DNA of 64,000 nt from Octopus vulgaris (GCA_951406725.2 OX597839.1:10106001-10170000); one strand, 5' to 3'. Shown: positions 27,194 to 41,643, counted from the stretch's first letter. The notes: generated by a model from the sequence alone, not told the origin. A program made the numbers and translations.

Positions 27194-30100
27194 ATAATTC
27201 TTCATATATTTGGGTATATCTCTTCCTGTATAATATACATCTGTTGGTGTATATTATTTCGATATGCATGTATCTATATCTGTGTGTATATATATATAAT
27301 ATGGTTTTTGGGGTCAGTTCCTCTGTCCAGCACCTTGACTATGTATCTTTCATAATCTCATACTGACCAAAGCTTTGTGAATGAATTTTTGTAAAAGAAA
27401 ACTGAACGAAGTTTGTGTGAATGTATTTATGTATATATCTATTTTCTATGTATATGGATGATGACTGCTGTGTAAAGAAGTGCCGATCTCTAATTGTAGG
27501 GAAACTTGTTGGTCAGATTCTACAGTATCGGTTGCAGTCAGTAGTATAGTGTAGCAATAACAGCAATTGTTGGTGTCATGGTAAGGCGAGCTGGCAGAAA
27601 CATTAGCACGCTGGGTGAAATGCTTAGCGGTATTTCCTCTGTTGTTACGTTCTGAGTTCAAATTCCTCCGAGGTCGACTTTGCCTTTCATCCTTTCAGGG
27701 TCGATAAATTAAGTACCAGTTATGCACTGGGTTCGATGTAATCGACTTAATACCTATGTCTGTCCTTGTTTGTCCCCTCTATGTTTAGCCCCTTGTGGGT
27801 AATAAAGAAATAGGTAATACAAGTTAGTGTGGGTGTGTAAAGAGTTGATGGGGGAGAAAGATCACTGAACAATTGCTGAACTTCAAGGTAAGGTTGCTTA
27901 GTAGGCAATGTATTTTGAGAAGTTCTTTGTTCAGATGGGGCTACTTTATTTGAAGGTGTGAATTGGTGATTGTGTGAAGGAAAAGTGAGAAATGATGAGT
28001 AGGTGAAAGGTAGATGAAATGAGGTAGTTAGAAAAGCCAATTCATGCTATTCAGTTCAGATCTGTTCTTTTATCTTTTACTTGTTTCAACCATTAGACTG
28101 TGGCCATGCTGGGGCACCACCTTAAAGAACTTCTTTTCGTCGAACGAATTGACCTCAGTACTTATTTTAAAACCTGGTACTTATTCTATTGATTCTTTTG
28201 TTGAACTGCTAAGTTATGGTGATGTAAACAAACCATCACCTGTTATCAAGCAGCAGTGAGGGGGACACACACACATAGATATACATTTGATGGGCTTCTT
28301 TCTTATTTCTGTCTATCAAATTCACTCACAAGGCTTTGGTCAGCCCGTGGCTGTAGTAGAAGTCACATGCCCAAGGTGCCATGCAGTGGGACTGAACCTG
28401 GAACCATGTGGTTGTGAAGCAAGCTTCTTACCCCACAGCCATGCCTCTTGTTGATTTCTGGTTTATATTACTGAATGAGAATCATCCTTAATTATTAAGT
28501 TACTAATATTTTGGTCAGTGGCTAAAGTGGACATTCCAACTTAATGGTATGGTTACAACCTTTATGAAGATGTTTCTTGATCAACGGAGTACATGTATGT
28601 GCAAGTAAGGTGTTCCTTAACCCGTTAGCTTTCAGATTATTCTATCAAATGTAATGCTTATTTATTCCAATTTTTTTGAATTAGTCATGCATTATCCCAT
28701 AGGTTTTGATGATGGAATAACTTATTTTTAGATCGACATTGTAGGATAGGTGTGTGGGGCCAGACCCAGCCAGTTTGAACATAAAACAGAATATTTTGGC
28801 TGGATATGGTCAGTTGAAACACTAAAAGGTTAATCTGAGTGTGGGGTTTCTGGATTGTGCTGCCAAAATAGTGACCCTTCATTTATGGCATTTTACCTAA
28901 TACATGACATATGCACCTAGACATATTTATGTCCCTGGTAGGGCTGTTTGTTAGCACCAACATGTTGGTCTCAAGAGTTGTTGTTTTTTTTGGTTAAAAT
29001 TCAGTGTAAAGAGGGTCTAGAGTGGCTTAGACATTTATCTAGCCCCTCCTTGTGGATGGCTTTTTGGTGGTAGTCTTAAGCTGTGACAGTTTAACCTTTG
29101 AATATTCAGATTACTGTCAAAAGCAGTGCTTGTTTATTCACATTGTTTTGCATTAATCATACAGTATCTTTTAGCTACAAGATTTTGATGATGTGATTGC
29201 TTAGTTTTAGAATGACATTGTAGGGTAAGGTATGAGAGGTCAAATGAGGCCAGTTTGAACAAAAAACAGGTAGAATATGTAGATAGGTGTGTGGGGCCAG
29301 ACCTGGCCAGTTTGAACTTAAAACAGAATATTTTGGCTGGATATGGTCAGTTGAAACACTAAAAGGTTAATCTGAGTGTGGGGTTTCTGGATTGTGCTGG
29401 GTTTAAATGCTAAAGGGTTACAGAAGCAGATGTTCTTGTGGGCATTCTGCCATTTTATGTAAAGGAATCTGTTTGGGATGAGTGAAAGATGTATGTAAGT
29501 GACTTAGTCAGTCACCTTGCTACACTTATCACAAACGCATGCAAACTAATTTTGGATGTAGATGCCTGTTGTAAAGAAGGATTAGGAGTCAAAGGTGTTG
29601 AATGTTAGACTTCCAAAACATTCATGTGTGTTATTGCAAGCAGGGTGAGACACTGGTTCCTACTGGTAGTTCAGAGGTTGACTTTGCAGATGTAATGGTT
29701 GAAATATGCTCCCTCCTCTTTCTCTTCTCCTTTGAGACAGCTGGTGCTTTGACACCACTGCATCTTGTTGGCCAGAAGTACCTCGGGTTAATGAATCTAA
29801 TGAGCCAATAGTCTTATTTATAACTTCAGCGAACAAAACTTTGCTGATCCATGATGATCTCTGCTAACCAACAACAAATTGAGACACACACTCACACACA
29901 TATTATTAGCGATAGAAGCAGTATTAGTACTGAATAGCAATTTGCACATCCTACATAATGTGGTATATGTACAGATTAATTTATATCTTAATGTAATAGA
30001 TTTTCTGTAATAATTTGCATATGTTACTTATAGCGAGGTCATTACCAGTACCGCCTGACTGGGCACGTAAAAGCACCCACTACACTCTCGGAGTGGTTGG

Positions 30101-30893
30101 CGTTAGGAAGGGCATCCAGCTGTAGAAACTCTGCCAGATCAAGACTGGAGCCTGGTACAGCCATCTGGTTCGCCAGCCCACAGTCAAACTGTCCAACCCA
30201 TGCTAGCATGGAAAGCGGACGTTAAACGACGATGATGATAATACTCAGGACACTCCTAGAGTATTATAATACAATGAAATAAACAACCGACACAATGTAG
30301 CTTGAAGTTAGTCCTCTTAAGTTTCGATCTTTTCATTTCTTCAGGAATAGCCCTAAGTTGGATAAGAAATGTTATTCCTAAAGAAATTACAAAAGGGAAA
30401 CTTAAGTCGAATAAGCGTTATGTGATGACACCTATTATTTATTTTTATTGCATATGTGTCTCTTTTATTCTTTTACTTGTTTCAGTCATTTGACTGTGGC
30501 CATGCTGGAGCACTGCCTTTAGTCGAGCAAATTGACCCCAGGACTTATTCTTTGTAAGCCTAGTACTTATTCTATTGGGCTCTTTTGCCGAACTGCTAAG
30601 TTATGGGAAGTAAACACACCAGCATCGGTTGTCAAGCGTTGTTGGAGGGACAAACACAGATACACAAGTATATACACACATACATATATACATATACATA
30701 TATATGACAGGCTTCTTTTAGTTTCTGTCTACCAAATCCACTCACAAGGCTTTGGTCGGCCCAAGGCTATAGTAGAAGACACTTGCCCGAGGTACCACGC
30801 AGTGGGACCGAACCTGGAACCATGTGGTTGGTAAGCAAGCAACTTACCACACAGCCACTCCTATGCTTATATATATATATGTGTGTATAAAAA

Positions 30894-30931
<38 letters not shown>

Positions 30932-33900
30932 AAAAAATTGTTTTAATATTCACTTTTCCATGCTTGCATGGGTTGGACAGAATTTGTTGAGACAGATTTT
31001 CTAGAATTGGATGCCCTTCCTGTTTCCAAGAAAGGTAATTTCCCTCTGCTCAGACATGTTTTCATGGGAGATTGGAAATGAACACCACTTGCATGTTCAG
31101 TCACTTACAACTATCATGTGATAAACAATCACTACAAGGTGATAGTAATACATGCACATACATCCACAGGAGGCTTCTTTCAGTTTCTGTTTGACCAAAT
31201 CAACTCACAAGACGTGGGCTATTGTAGAAGACACTTGCCCAAAGTGCCATGCAGTGGGACTGAACCTGAGATCATGGAGTTGGAAAGTAAACTTCTTATC
31301 ACAGCCGTGTCTGTATCCATATATATCATCATCATTAGGGTGGCGAGCTGGCAGAATCATTAGCACGCTGGGCAAAATGCTTAGTGGTATTTTGTCTGCC
31401 GTTACGTTCTAAGTTCAAATTCTGCCGAGGTCAACGTTGCCCTTCATCCTTTCGGGGTCATCATCATCATCGTTTAACGTCCGTTTTCCGTGCTTGCAAG
31501 GGTTAGACAGTTTGACCGGGGTCTAGGAAGTCAGGAGGCTGCACCAGGCTCCAGTCTGATCTGGCAGAATTTCTACAGCTGGATGCCCTTCCTAACACCA
31601 ACCACTCCGTGAGTGTAGTGGGTGCTTTTTACGTGCCGATTAAATAAATACCAGTTATGTACTGGGGTTGATGTAATCGACTTAATCCCTTTGTCTGTCC
31701 TTGTTTGTCCCCTCTATGTTTAGCCCCATGTGGGCAATAAAGAAATACATATATATCATCATTGTTTAACATCCATCTTCCATGCATGCTTGGGTAGGAT
31801 GAATGACAGGAGCAGGCCAGGTGGAAAAAGTACTGTGTCTATTTTGGCAGGGATTTTATGGCTGGATTCCTTTCTTAACACCAACCGCTCCACAGAGTGG
31901 ACTCAGTGCTTTCTATGTGGCACTAGCACAGGCGAAGTTAGTTTTGTGAAGAGTTTTACAGCAGGATACCCTTCCAAATGCCAACCACATTACAGTGTGG
32001 ATTGGATGCTTTTAATATGGCACTGGCAGGGTAACCAAGTGACTCACAAGACAAGGAGTTATGAGAGGGGCAGGGCATTTGTGGAGGGGAACTTGTGTGA
32101 GAGGATGAAAGGTTAGAGTGTGACAAGGAGACAGAGACACAGAAGCAGGTATCTTGCCACAACAGAGGGGGAATAAGAGGTGATCCAGTATCAAATGATG
32201 AAAGGTTAGAGTGTAACAGAGAAGTAGAGAGGCAGAAATAGGTGTCTTGTTATAGAGGAGGTACATGGTTACCCAGCGAGAGAGAGAGGCTAGAAACAAG
32301 TGTGCTGATGTAAAGGAAATACTTGGTTATCTAGCCTGAGGTGAAACGAGGAGAGAGAGAGAGTGTGACCAAAGGGAGAGAGAGAATAGGAAACAGCAAA
32401 AGTGTAAGAGAGAGTAAAAGAAAAATGGTGTAGTGCTAGGGTTTACTCACAAGTAACAAAAATATGAGTGTAGAACCTGGTTAGAAAAACAGGTTGGGGG
32501 TGTGGGGAGCAGGGCAGTGAGGGCAAGGAAGGAGATTGGAAAACAATCATAATTTATGAAGAGGAATTGTGAGGAAGAGAAAGATGCAGATAGAAGAGGA
32601 GTTGTAGTTCAATTTCTTAGGGCAGGGTGGGTGAGAAGTGTGTTGTTACATGTGGATGGGACCCAACTCTTCTAGCACTCAGTTTCATGGATGGGTCTTC
32701 CCTAGGACCTCATATCACCAAACGTCTTGCTCCACTGTCATTTCCTCTATGAGCCCCCAACATCCTAAGATCAGTCTGCACCACTTTGCTAGATCAGAAT
32801 AGAGCTTGGTGCAGCCTCCTGGCTTACCAGTCCCCACTCAAACCATTCAACCCATGCCAGCATGGAAAACGGACATTAAATGATGATGATGAAGAAATAA
32901 CCAATTATCCATCCATTTTCTCCACTCACTATTCCTGGGAGAGTTGTTGGGGTAGCATCCCCGGGTGCTTCTTCCATAAGTCCCTATCAAAAGCAGTTGT
33001 CATTACACATTCTTGCTGGATTCTCAAGCATGACCAGCTGAGATTAGTTATTATCCAGCCATTTCATTCTTGGTCTCTCCAGATTGAGCCACTATTTCTC
33101 TGCATTGAGCAATCACAGCTCCGTTGCTATGGACTTGTGATAAGAATGTTGCGGGGAAGGATCACAAGACTTATTCTTCAAACCAATCCAACTTGCAGGA
33201 GACCTGGGAGTATACCTCAATTGCATCATCATCATCATCATCATCATTTAGTGTCCGCTTTCCATGCTAGCATGATTTGGACGGTTCAACTGGGGTCTGG
33301 GAAGCCAGAAGGCTGCACCAGGCCCAGTCTGATCTGGCAATGTTTCTACGGCTGGATGCCCTTCCTAATGCCAACCACTTCGTGAGTGTAGTGGGTGCTT
33401 TTTACGTGCTAGACGGGGTTGGCAAATGGCCACGGTTGGATGTGCTTTTTATGTGCCACCGGCACAGGGGCGAGGCGAGGCTGGCAACGGCCATAATCGG
33501 ATGGTGCTTTTTACGTGCCACCGGCACTGGTATCACAGCTACAATTTCCATTGATGTTGATCAATTTTGATTTTGATTCTGATTCTGCAGTGGTTGGAAC
33601 ATTTAAAGAAAAATTAAACTTTTGACTGACCTGAAAAATACATTTTTGGAAAAATGGCACTTGGACTAGATATATTAAAGAGGTTATTCAATATGCATAG
33701 CCTCTTTAATATATCTATATTTAGTAGTGCACCTGCACCCTGTATATAGGTGCATGTGTATGTGTAATCTATTATATAAAATCTGTTCTGTCTGTATGTG
33801 TGTCTTCTAGGATCTCGGGCATCCTCCATCTGATTGCGCTCAGATTTGATATGTGGATACCGACGGTATCAGGGCGTGTATAAGTCTTGAAAAAAATTGC

Positions 33901-34145
33901 AAAAATCGATTTCAGGTGAGAATGAGATCGATAAAGCCGTGGGAACGTGGATTTGCACACGCAAGTACATCAGTTGTTGCGATTGATACTATGCGTACAC
34001 GAGAAAAATGCAGGGTGTCTCCGATTTAGGTTAACTCAGTGTTTCTCAAAGGGGAGGCCTATGGGACGGTTGGACAAGTTGTTTTGAGAAAATTTGGTTT
34101 AAATGTTTGACAACTCAGCACCGTCCATTGGATGGGGGTGTTTTG

Positions 34146-34191
<46 letters not shown>

Positions 34192-34745
34192 TACATGTGT
34201 ATGTATGTATGTGTGTGTATATATATATATACATATATATAAACACACACACATACATATCAATAATATGATTTAAGAACTAACATTGAATTCAGGTTAA
34301 CAAACTTTATATATTCACGCTTTTACACTTTATTACATATAAATGATACCATGGCTTTCAAATGTCAAAAAAAAAAAACACCAGGTAAAAATCATATATA
34401 AAAAATATAAAATACACAGGACCTGCTCAGAACACATATTCTGAGCATGTTCTGTGTATTTTGTATTGTTTTTATATATGATTTTTACCTGGTGTTAGTA
34501 TTTTTTTTTTTGATATTTGAAAGTCATGGTATCATTTATATGTAATGAAGTGTAGAAGCGTGGATATATAAAATTCATTAACCTGAATTCAATATTTGTT
34601 CTTATATTATCTGTATGTTTCTGGCTCAATATCATTTGAGCACTTCTCTCCTGCAGTCCTATATATATATATATATATATATCAGTCCTATATATATATA
34701 TCCATCTTTTTCAATCAAAAGAAATGTAATTTATAATTTACTTCT

Positions 34746-34796
<51 letters not shown>

Positions 34797-37700
34797 TATA
34801 TATATATATCATCATCATCGTTTAACTTCCGCTTTCCATGCTAGCATGGGTTGGACATATATATATATGCATATGTATTATCTTATCTTTCCAAGAAGAT
34901 GTAGGTCTGTGCAGATATCTCATATACATACATTTTTTACTCTCAAACCATTATCGTACATTTTGTTTCTGATAAGACAGATAGGCTTAACCAAGTTCTT
35001 TCATTTTCTTTGTACAAATTCTGATGGCGGTTGGGTATGTTGTTTATCCAACAAGGGTCTATAAAATATTTTATAGTCATGTTCTTCACTCCAAATTTCT
35101 TTCTATGTTTTATATCAATAATGTCGTGGTATATGAAATGTGTCAATAAAATGTCTTATGATGTTTTAGTTGTGTCACTCTTCTGAATTCAGATACCACT
35201 CGGGTTATCTTTGTAGTTAAACTGTTTGTTGAGTTGATACATGTACCAGTTATGTACAGGGGGTTGATATCATACTCTCTCCCAGGAATTTTGTGGTCTT
35301 GTTTCTTTGTTAGAAATTGTCATTATTGAATTTAAACTTTCGTCCTACCTGGGTGGATAAAAATAATATAGCATTTACGTACTGGTCATCAGTTTAATTG
35401 ACTAACGTCTCACTTCAGAAACTGCGGTCCTTGTGCCTAAATTAAAAATTATTATAATTTGCAGAAGGTGGCAACCTGGCAGAATTGGTGGCATGCCAGA
35501 CAACATGCTTGGCGGTATTTCATCTATCCTTATGTTTTGAGTTTAATTTCCACCAAAGTTGACTTTGCCTTTCATCCTTTCAGGGTTGATAAATTAAGCA
35601 CCAGTCAAACACTTTGTTCCTTCTTGAGCCATGCCTGGCTCATAAGGGCCAAATTCCCTGTTTCCTTGGCGTATAGGTTCCCCACCTGGACGGGACGCCG
35701 GTCCGTCACAGGTGAGCTGCAAGATGCAGGTGGAAAGAGAGGGAGAAAATTGTGGTGAAAGAGTTAGCAGAAATTCGCCATTACCTTCTGCCAGAGCCGT
35801 GTGGAGCTTAGGTGTTTCGTTCATAAGCACACACATCACCTGGTATGACATTCGAACCCACGATCCCTCAACTGCGACTCCATTGCTCTAACCACTAGGC
35901 CATGTGCCTCCACAGTCAAACACTGGAGTCAGTGTAATGAATTTGTCCCCCACCACATATGTTTCAAAGCAAGCAGAACCTCAGAAGTAGTAAATATCCA
36001 AGTGTGGTGTATACCACAAGCTACTCATCAGGCCAAGGGTATCTTGATTAAATGAAGCTTACTCTATTGCAAGGAGGTACATGTTAAAACATGAAAGATT
36101 TGATCAGAATGTGGATCACATTCTGATCGAATCTTCTATGTGTTAACATGTACTTCCTTATTTTTTTAAGCCTTGTACCTATTCTATCAGTCTCTTTGCC
36201 AAACTGCTAAGTTATGGGAATGTAAACACACCAATTCGATCAGACTGTGGATCACATTCTGATTGAATTTCCTGTGTGTTAACATGTAGCTCCTTGCAAT
36301 ACAGTAAGCTTCATTTAATCAAGATACCCTTGGCCTGATGAGTAGCTTTTGGTATACACCTCACTGGGATATTTAGCACTACCAAGGTTCTGCTGGCTTT
36401 GAAACATATGTAGCCCAGATCTTACCTACTCCATTCCGTAACACTTGTATTCTTATTTGCATACCTTGGCAACCCTGGTTGCCTACCGTGAAATACTAAA
36501 AATAAAAAAAATTCCAGCTTATTGTACTTCAATATGAAAAAATCCATAACCTTCTACTTCAATAAGCCACTATTGTTCTTGAAAGTTGTTTTTTATATTT
36601 ACTATGGATTGCTTGAAGCTAACTTTCTTCCTACACCTCGATCCTTGGATCTTACATATATATATATATATGACAGGCTTCTTGGCGTTTCCATCTACCA
36701 AATTCACTCACAAGGCCTCAAGGTTGGCCCAAGGCTATAGTAGAAGACATTTTCCCAAGGTGCCATACAGTGAGACTGAACCTGGAACCATGTGGTTGGG
36801 AAGTAAACATCTTACTACACAGCTGCACTTGTGACCAATTGCATGCACATTCACACACATATTTGCTGCGTAGTTGAGGATCTGATGTGTCTGTCCAAGT
36901 CAATTTTTAAAATATCTGATGCTGTTAATAGGTCATCTACACTCATTTCTCTTTTTCTTAGTGATTACCATTTTTTTTGTTTTGTTTACATTCATATAAA
37001 CTGTAATTGTGTTTATGTGTCTGTATAGACACCTTCCCTGTGTGTATGTATATATGGGCATAAGAAAACACAAATAGTAAATATATTCATTTATAGGGAC
37101 TCACACACTGATACAAAATGTACCCCTCCTTTTTTTATTATGATAGGGTGTGTTTTGAGGGAGATTTGACTGCTATTTCTAGCCAATCAAGAAGTAACTG
37201 ATTCAGAAAAGTAATCAGCATCATCATCATCGTATAACGTCCGCTTTCCATGCTAGCATGGGTTGGACGATTTTGACTGAGGACTGGCGAGCCAGATGGC
37301 TGCATCAGGCTCCAATCTTGATCTGGCAGAGTTTCTACAGCTGGATACCCTTCCTAACGCCAACCACTCCGAAGTGACTGATTCAGAAAAGTAGTCCTGC
37401 TTGCCAAACAATCTTAGAGATATTTAAGGCAGTCAGCCCTATGTAAAAGCTTGCTAAGGTATACTGTGTTAAATTGTTTCACATTGACATTAGGAGTAGT
37501 GTTGTCTTCATACAAAGAATAGACTAGTATTTTTGATGTTTTGTTGTGCTTTGTTACGTTGAGAGGGGTCTTAATTTTCATCCCTTTGTTTACCGGAATA
37601 ACTGGTCAAAATCCTGTCTTTGTGGTGATTTGTCTTTGTGGGGTTACCACTCGGGTATTCTCTTGGCTATTTCATTGTTGGCCAGAGCTAGACCATCATT

Positions 37701-40700
37701 ATCTTTTATCTTTTACTTGTTTCAGTCACATTGAATTTTTAGTCAAATGATTTGACCTCGGTACTTTTACTTTTTAAGCCTTGTACTTATTCTATCAATC
37801 TCCTTTGCTGAACCACTAAATTACAGGGGCATAAACACACTAGCACCAGTTAGCAAGTGGTGGTGACACACATACACACGATAGGCTTCTTTCAGTTTCT
37901 CTTTACCAATTCCACTCACAAGGCTTTGGTCAGCCTGAGGCTATAGTAAAAGACACTTGCCCAAGATGCCATGCTGTGGGACCGGATCTAGAACCATGTG
38001 GTTGGGAAGCAAGTTTCTTACTACACATCCATAAGTTACGGGGATGTAAACAAACCAGCATCGGTTGTCAAGCGATGTTGGGGGACAAACACAGGCACAC
38101 AAATGTATACACACACACACATATATATGATGGACATCTTTCAGTTTCCATCTACCAAATCCACTCACAAGGCTTTGGTTGGCCCATGGCTATAGTAGAA
38201 GACACTTGCCCAAGGTGCCACACAGTGGGACTGAACCTGGAACCATGTGGTTGGTTAGCAAGTTAATTAGCACACAGCTGCTCCTACGCCTACAATACAC
38301 AAAATATTTTAATCTCTTTTAATACAATTCTTAATACTTTTTTAGCCATCGTCCATATTTGTTATACCTTCAGAACTACAAGTAATGCAAATCATTTGCT
38401 TTGAATTAAATTTTGCTGAACATATGCAAAAACTTACACACATACATGCACTGGGGTCTTGATTTGGAAGTCCTTGGGTTCTTTAAGAGTGTGGAACCAC
38501 CTTTTAGCCACTATTGTTCCTTACTCTAACCCAGAGTAGTAGCACCTGCCAGGGTCCTAGCAATATGTTAATTAGCTTGTTATGGAAGAAACCCCAAGCA
38601 CAAACCCTCACTGCTTTATGAATATCTTGGGAAAGGAAAGTCTGAGGGAGTCAACCCTGGCAGCAGATTAAGGAGTGGAGTGTTGGCAGTCCGGTACCCT
38701 CTTTGATACCCTTCTGGCAACTCCAGAGTAGTAGTAGAAGTTCTACAGCCTTGTAAAACAATTCATTTAGGAAGAGGCCACACCAATGTAAAACCTAAAG
38801 CTTGCTGGTCATTGCAACTGTCTTAGCTCACAGATCCACTCTGGTTAAATCTTCAAGGCTAAAGGGTGGAATCGGATTGCATGGACTGACCTAAGTGCTG
38901 TAAGAGAAACCTTGCAGTGTCAGGGATTGGAATACATATCTACTTGGGGATGTGTCACTCTTCTTTATGTTCTGGTACAAAGAAACTGCCCTCATCATAT
39001 ATAGCTTACATTTTATCAATGGCATTTTCCAGTGATACACTTTAGATGGTGTAGATTTGGGCTATCTTTTATCTTCTTTCAGTCATTTGACTGTGGCCAT
39101 GCTGGGGCACTGCCCTGAAGAATTTTTTTAGTTAACATATCGATGACAGTACTTATTCTATCTTCCTCTTGCTGTACCGCTAAGTTATGGGGACGTAAAC
39201 ACACCAACACCCATTGTCAAGCGATGGTGCTAGAGACAAACACACATATATATATGATCGGCTTCTTTCAGTTTCGACTACCAAATCAACTCACAAAACC
39301 CGTGGCTATAGTAGGAGACATTTGTCCAAGGTGCCGCGCAGCGGGACTGAACCCAGAACATGTGGTTGGGAAGCAAGCTTCTTACCACACAGTCACGCCT
39401 TCGCCTATATATTCGAATTTGTAAAAACAAATACCAGAGGAGGGGAGAAGAGTTTCGGATAATTCACGCACTTGCTCAAAACTGGATATTTTATCATAAA
39501 ATCTAATATAAATACGATTCAGATTCTGTATGATGTGGAGGGGAAAAAATTGACGATAGGTTCAGATAATTCACACAATGACTTTATCTCCACTTTCGTT
39601 TCCCCATTTTATAAAATATATATAATGAAATTAATGTATACAGTGATCAGGTGCACCTCAGGTGATGGTGTGTGTGAATTATCGCGCCTCCCCACCCAAC
39701 TTTTCTTTTCCCATCAAATTCCAATATAATCATAATCAACATCTGAAACTTGGGTGTTGAAAATTCTATTTAAAAATGTCCATTTTTCAGAAAGTTATGA
39801 GAAGCAAAATCTTGGAGTAGTGTGGGATATTGCATACGTATATCTGTAGTTACGCTCGCTTACAATACAGCGTTAATCAGAAGTACTGAAATAAACTTAG
39901 ATATTAGAAAGCCTTAGCTGGGATAAAGAACTATATAAGAATGTAAACCTATTTCTTCCATGCTTTTGATGTACGGAAAAAAAGGAGTGCGGAGACTCCT
40001 GATATTCCCGTTCCTCAGAGAAGACATTTCTGCTCTAATCAGAAGAGTAGAAATTTAAAAGAAAGGAATAGTCGATTATATTGAACCCCGTACTTTTATT
40101 TTATCGATCTTAAAAGGACGAAAGGCAAATATGACCTCGGCGGCATTTGAATTTAGAAAGAGCTGCCCAGCGCTCTCACCGCCCTTTATATAGGGTGTAA
40201 CTTCGGTATAAGTACCGGATACATTTCAAGAAAGTGTTTTTTTATTTTTTATATATGATGGGGTTAGGGTTAGGGGTGGGAGAAAAGGGTTTCTGTTATC
40301 TTCAGAAATGTAAACAAAGCCACTTCCGGTACTTATACCGAAGGATCGCCTTATATAGATAGATATAATGGATGGGAAATATACGAGTGGAGTAAGCTAA
40401 TACAAATTAAAGAGGAATAACTAAACAGAAGAAAAGGACTTTTTCCTTGTTTTCTCCACACGCACATGGGTAGCCATAATTTGACGTCATTTGTATTCTT
40501 CACTTCCTGTCCTGTAAGGTTATCTCCCTTGCCTTCTCTATACTTCCTCTCTTCACTTCTTTCTCGGTGTCTTCCTCTCTTTATCCCCCCTCTCCCTCTT
40601 TACTATACTATCCACCTCTATTTTCCTCTCCCTCCGTTCCGTTCTGCCTCTGTACACGCGCTCTCCCTATATTCTCTCACTCTCTATTAAAAATTTGTCT

Positions 40701-41643
40701 TCGCTCCCTCCTTGCTCTGTCTGTCTGTCCCTCTCTCATTCTGCTTTTGTCGTTGTTTTATATCTGTTATGTTCACACTAAAAAATAAAAAGTTTATGGA
40801 GGAATATATGCGATGATTACACTAGAATTCGGCCGACTGTATAATTTTGTTATATTTGCTGAAGGAAAACAAACCCAAATAGTTTGAAACGTGTTTAGGT
40901 TCTTCTTCTTCTTCTTCTTCTTCTTCTTCTTCTTCTTCTTCTTCTTCTTCTTTCCTTTCCCTTTCTTTCTTTTCCTTTCTTTTCTTTTCCTTTCTTTCTT
41001 TTCTTTCCTTCCTTTCCTTTCTTTGTTTCTTTCTTTCTCCTCCTCCTCTGGGTTCAGTCCCACTGTGCGGCACCTTGGGCAAGTGCCTTCTACTATGATT
41101 TTAGGCTGACCAAAGTCTTGTGACGGGATTTGGTAGATGGAAACTGAAAGAAGCATGAAATACATTTATAATGCTGCGTGTGTGTGTGTGTCTTCTACTG
41201 TCATACCATAGCAGTTCAGCAAAAGCAGACCAATAGAATAAGTACCAGGCTTCAGAAAAACATAAGTTCTGGAGTCGATTCGTTTGACTAAAAATTCTTC
41301 ATCAGACTGCATGGCTAATGACTAATCGCTGAAACAAGTAAAAGATAAAAGGCAAAAATACATTTCAGATGGTGCAGATTACAACTCTGTCAGAATTTAA
41401 TGGGTGGGGTTGGGGACTTCTGAGGCTATGGTGATGAGCTTTGGAAAATTCACGCGTGTCAGCTTTGTTTCTTCATAGCTTTCAGTAAAATGGTGTTTTT
41501 TTTTTAGGATTGGCTGGGTGGTAAGTAGCTTGCTTACGAACCGCATGGTTCCGGCTTCAGTCCCACTGCGTGGCACCTTGGGCCGACCAAAACCTTGTGA
41601 GTGGATTTGGTAGATGGAAACTGAAAGAAGCCCGTCGTATATA

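Noticed and set aside
28890-28975. Additional minus-strand exon candidate ([23 protein letters not shown])
   Set aside because: It has no convincing acceptor and an in-frame stop just upstream.
35855-35912. tRNA-like sequences (also about 15430-15503 and SINE B/C heads)
   Set aside because: A/B boxes run into SINE bodies, one with a TSD; no complete cloverleaf was seen.
38480-38960. GC-richer unique block, possibly a retrotransposon 5' UTR
   Set aside because: No ORF, termini or second copy supports a call.
40794-41165. Poly-K/E/F ORFs
   Set aside because: They are translations of the (TTC)n and polypyrimidine tract.
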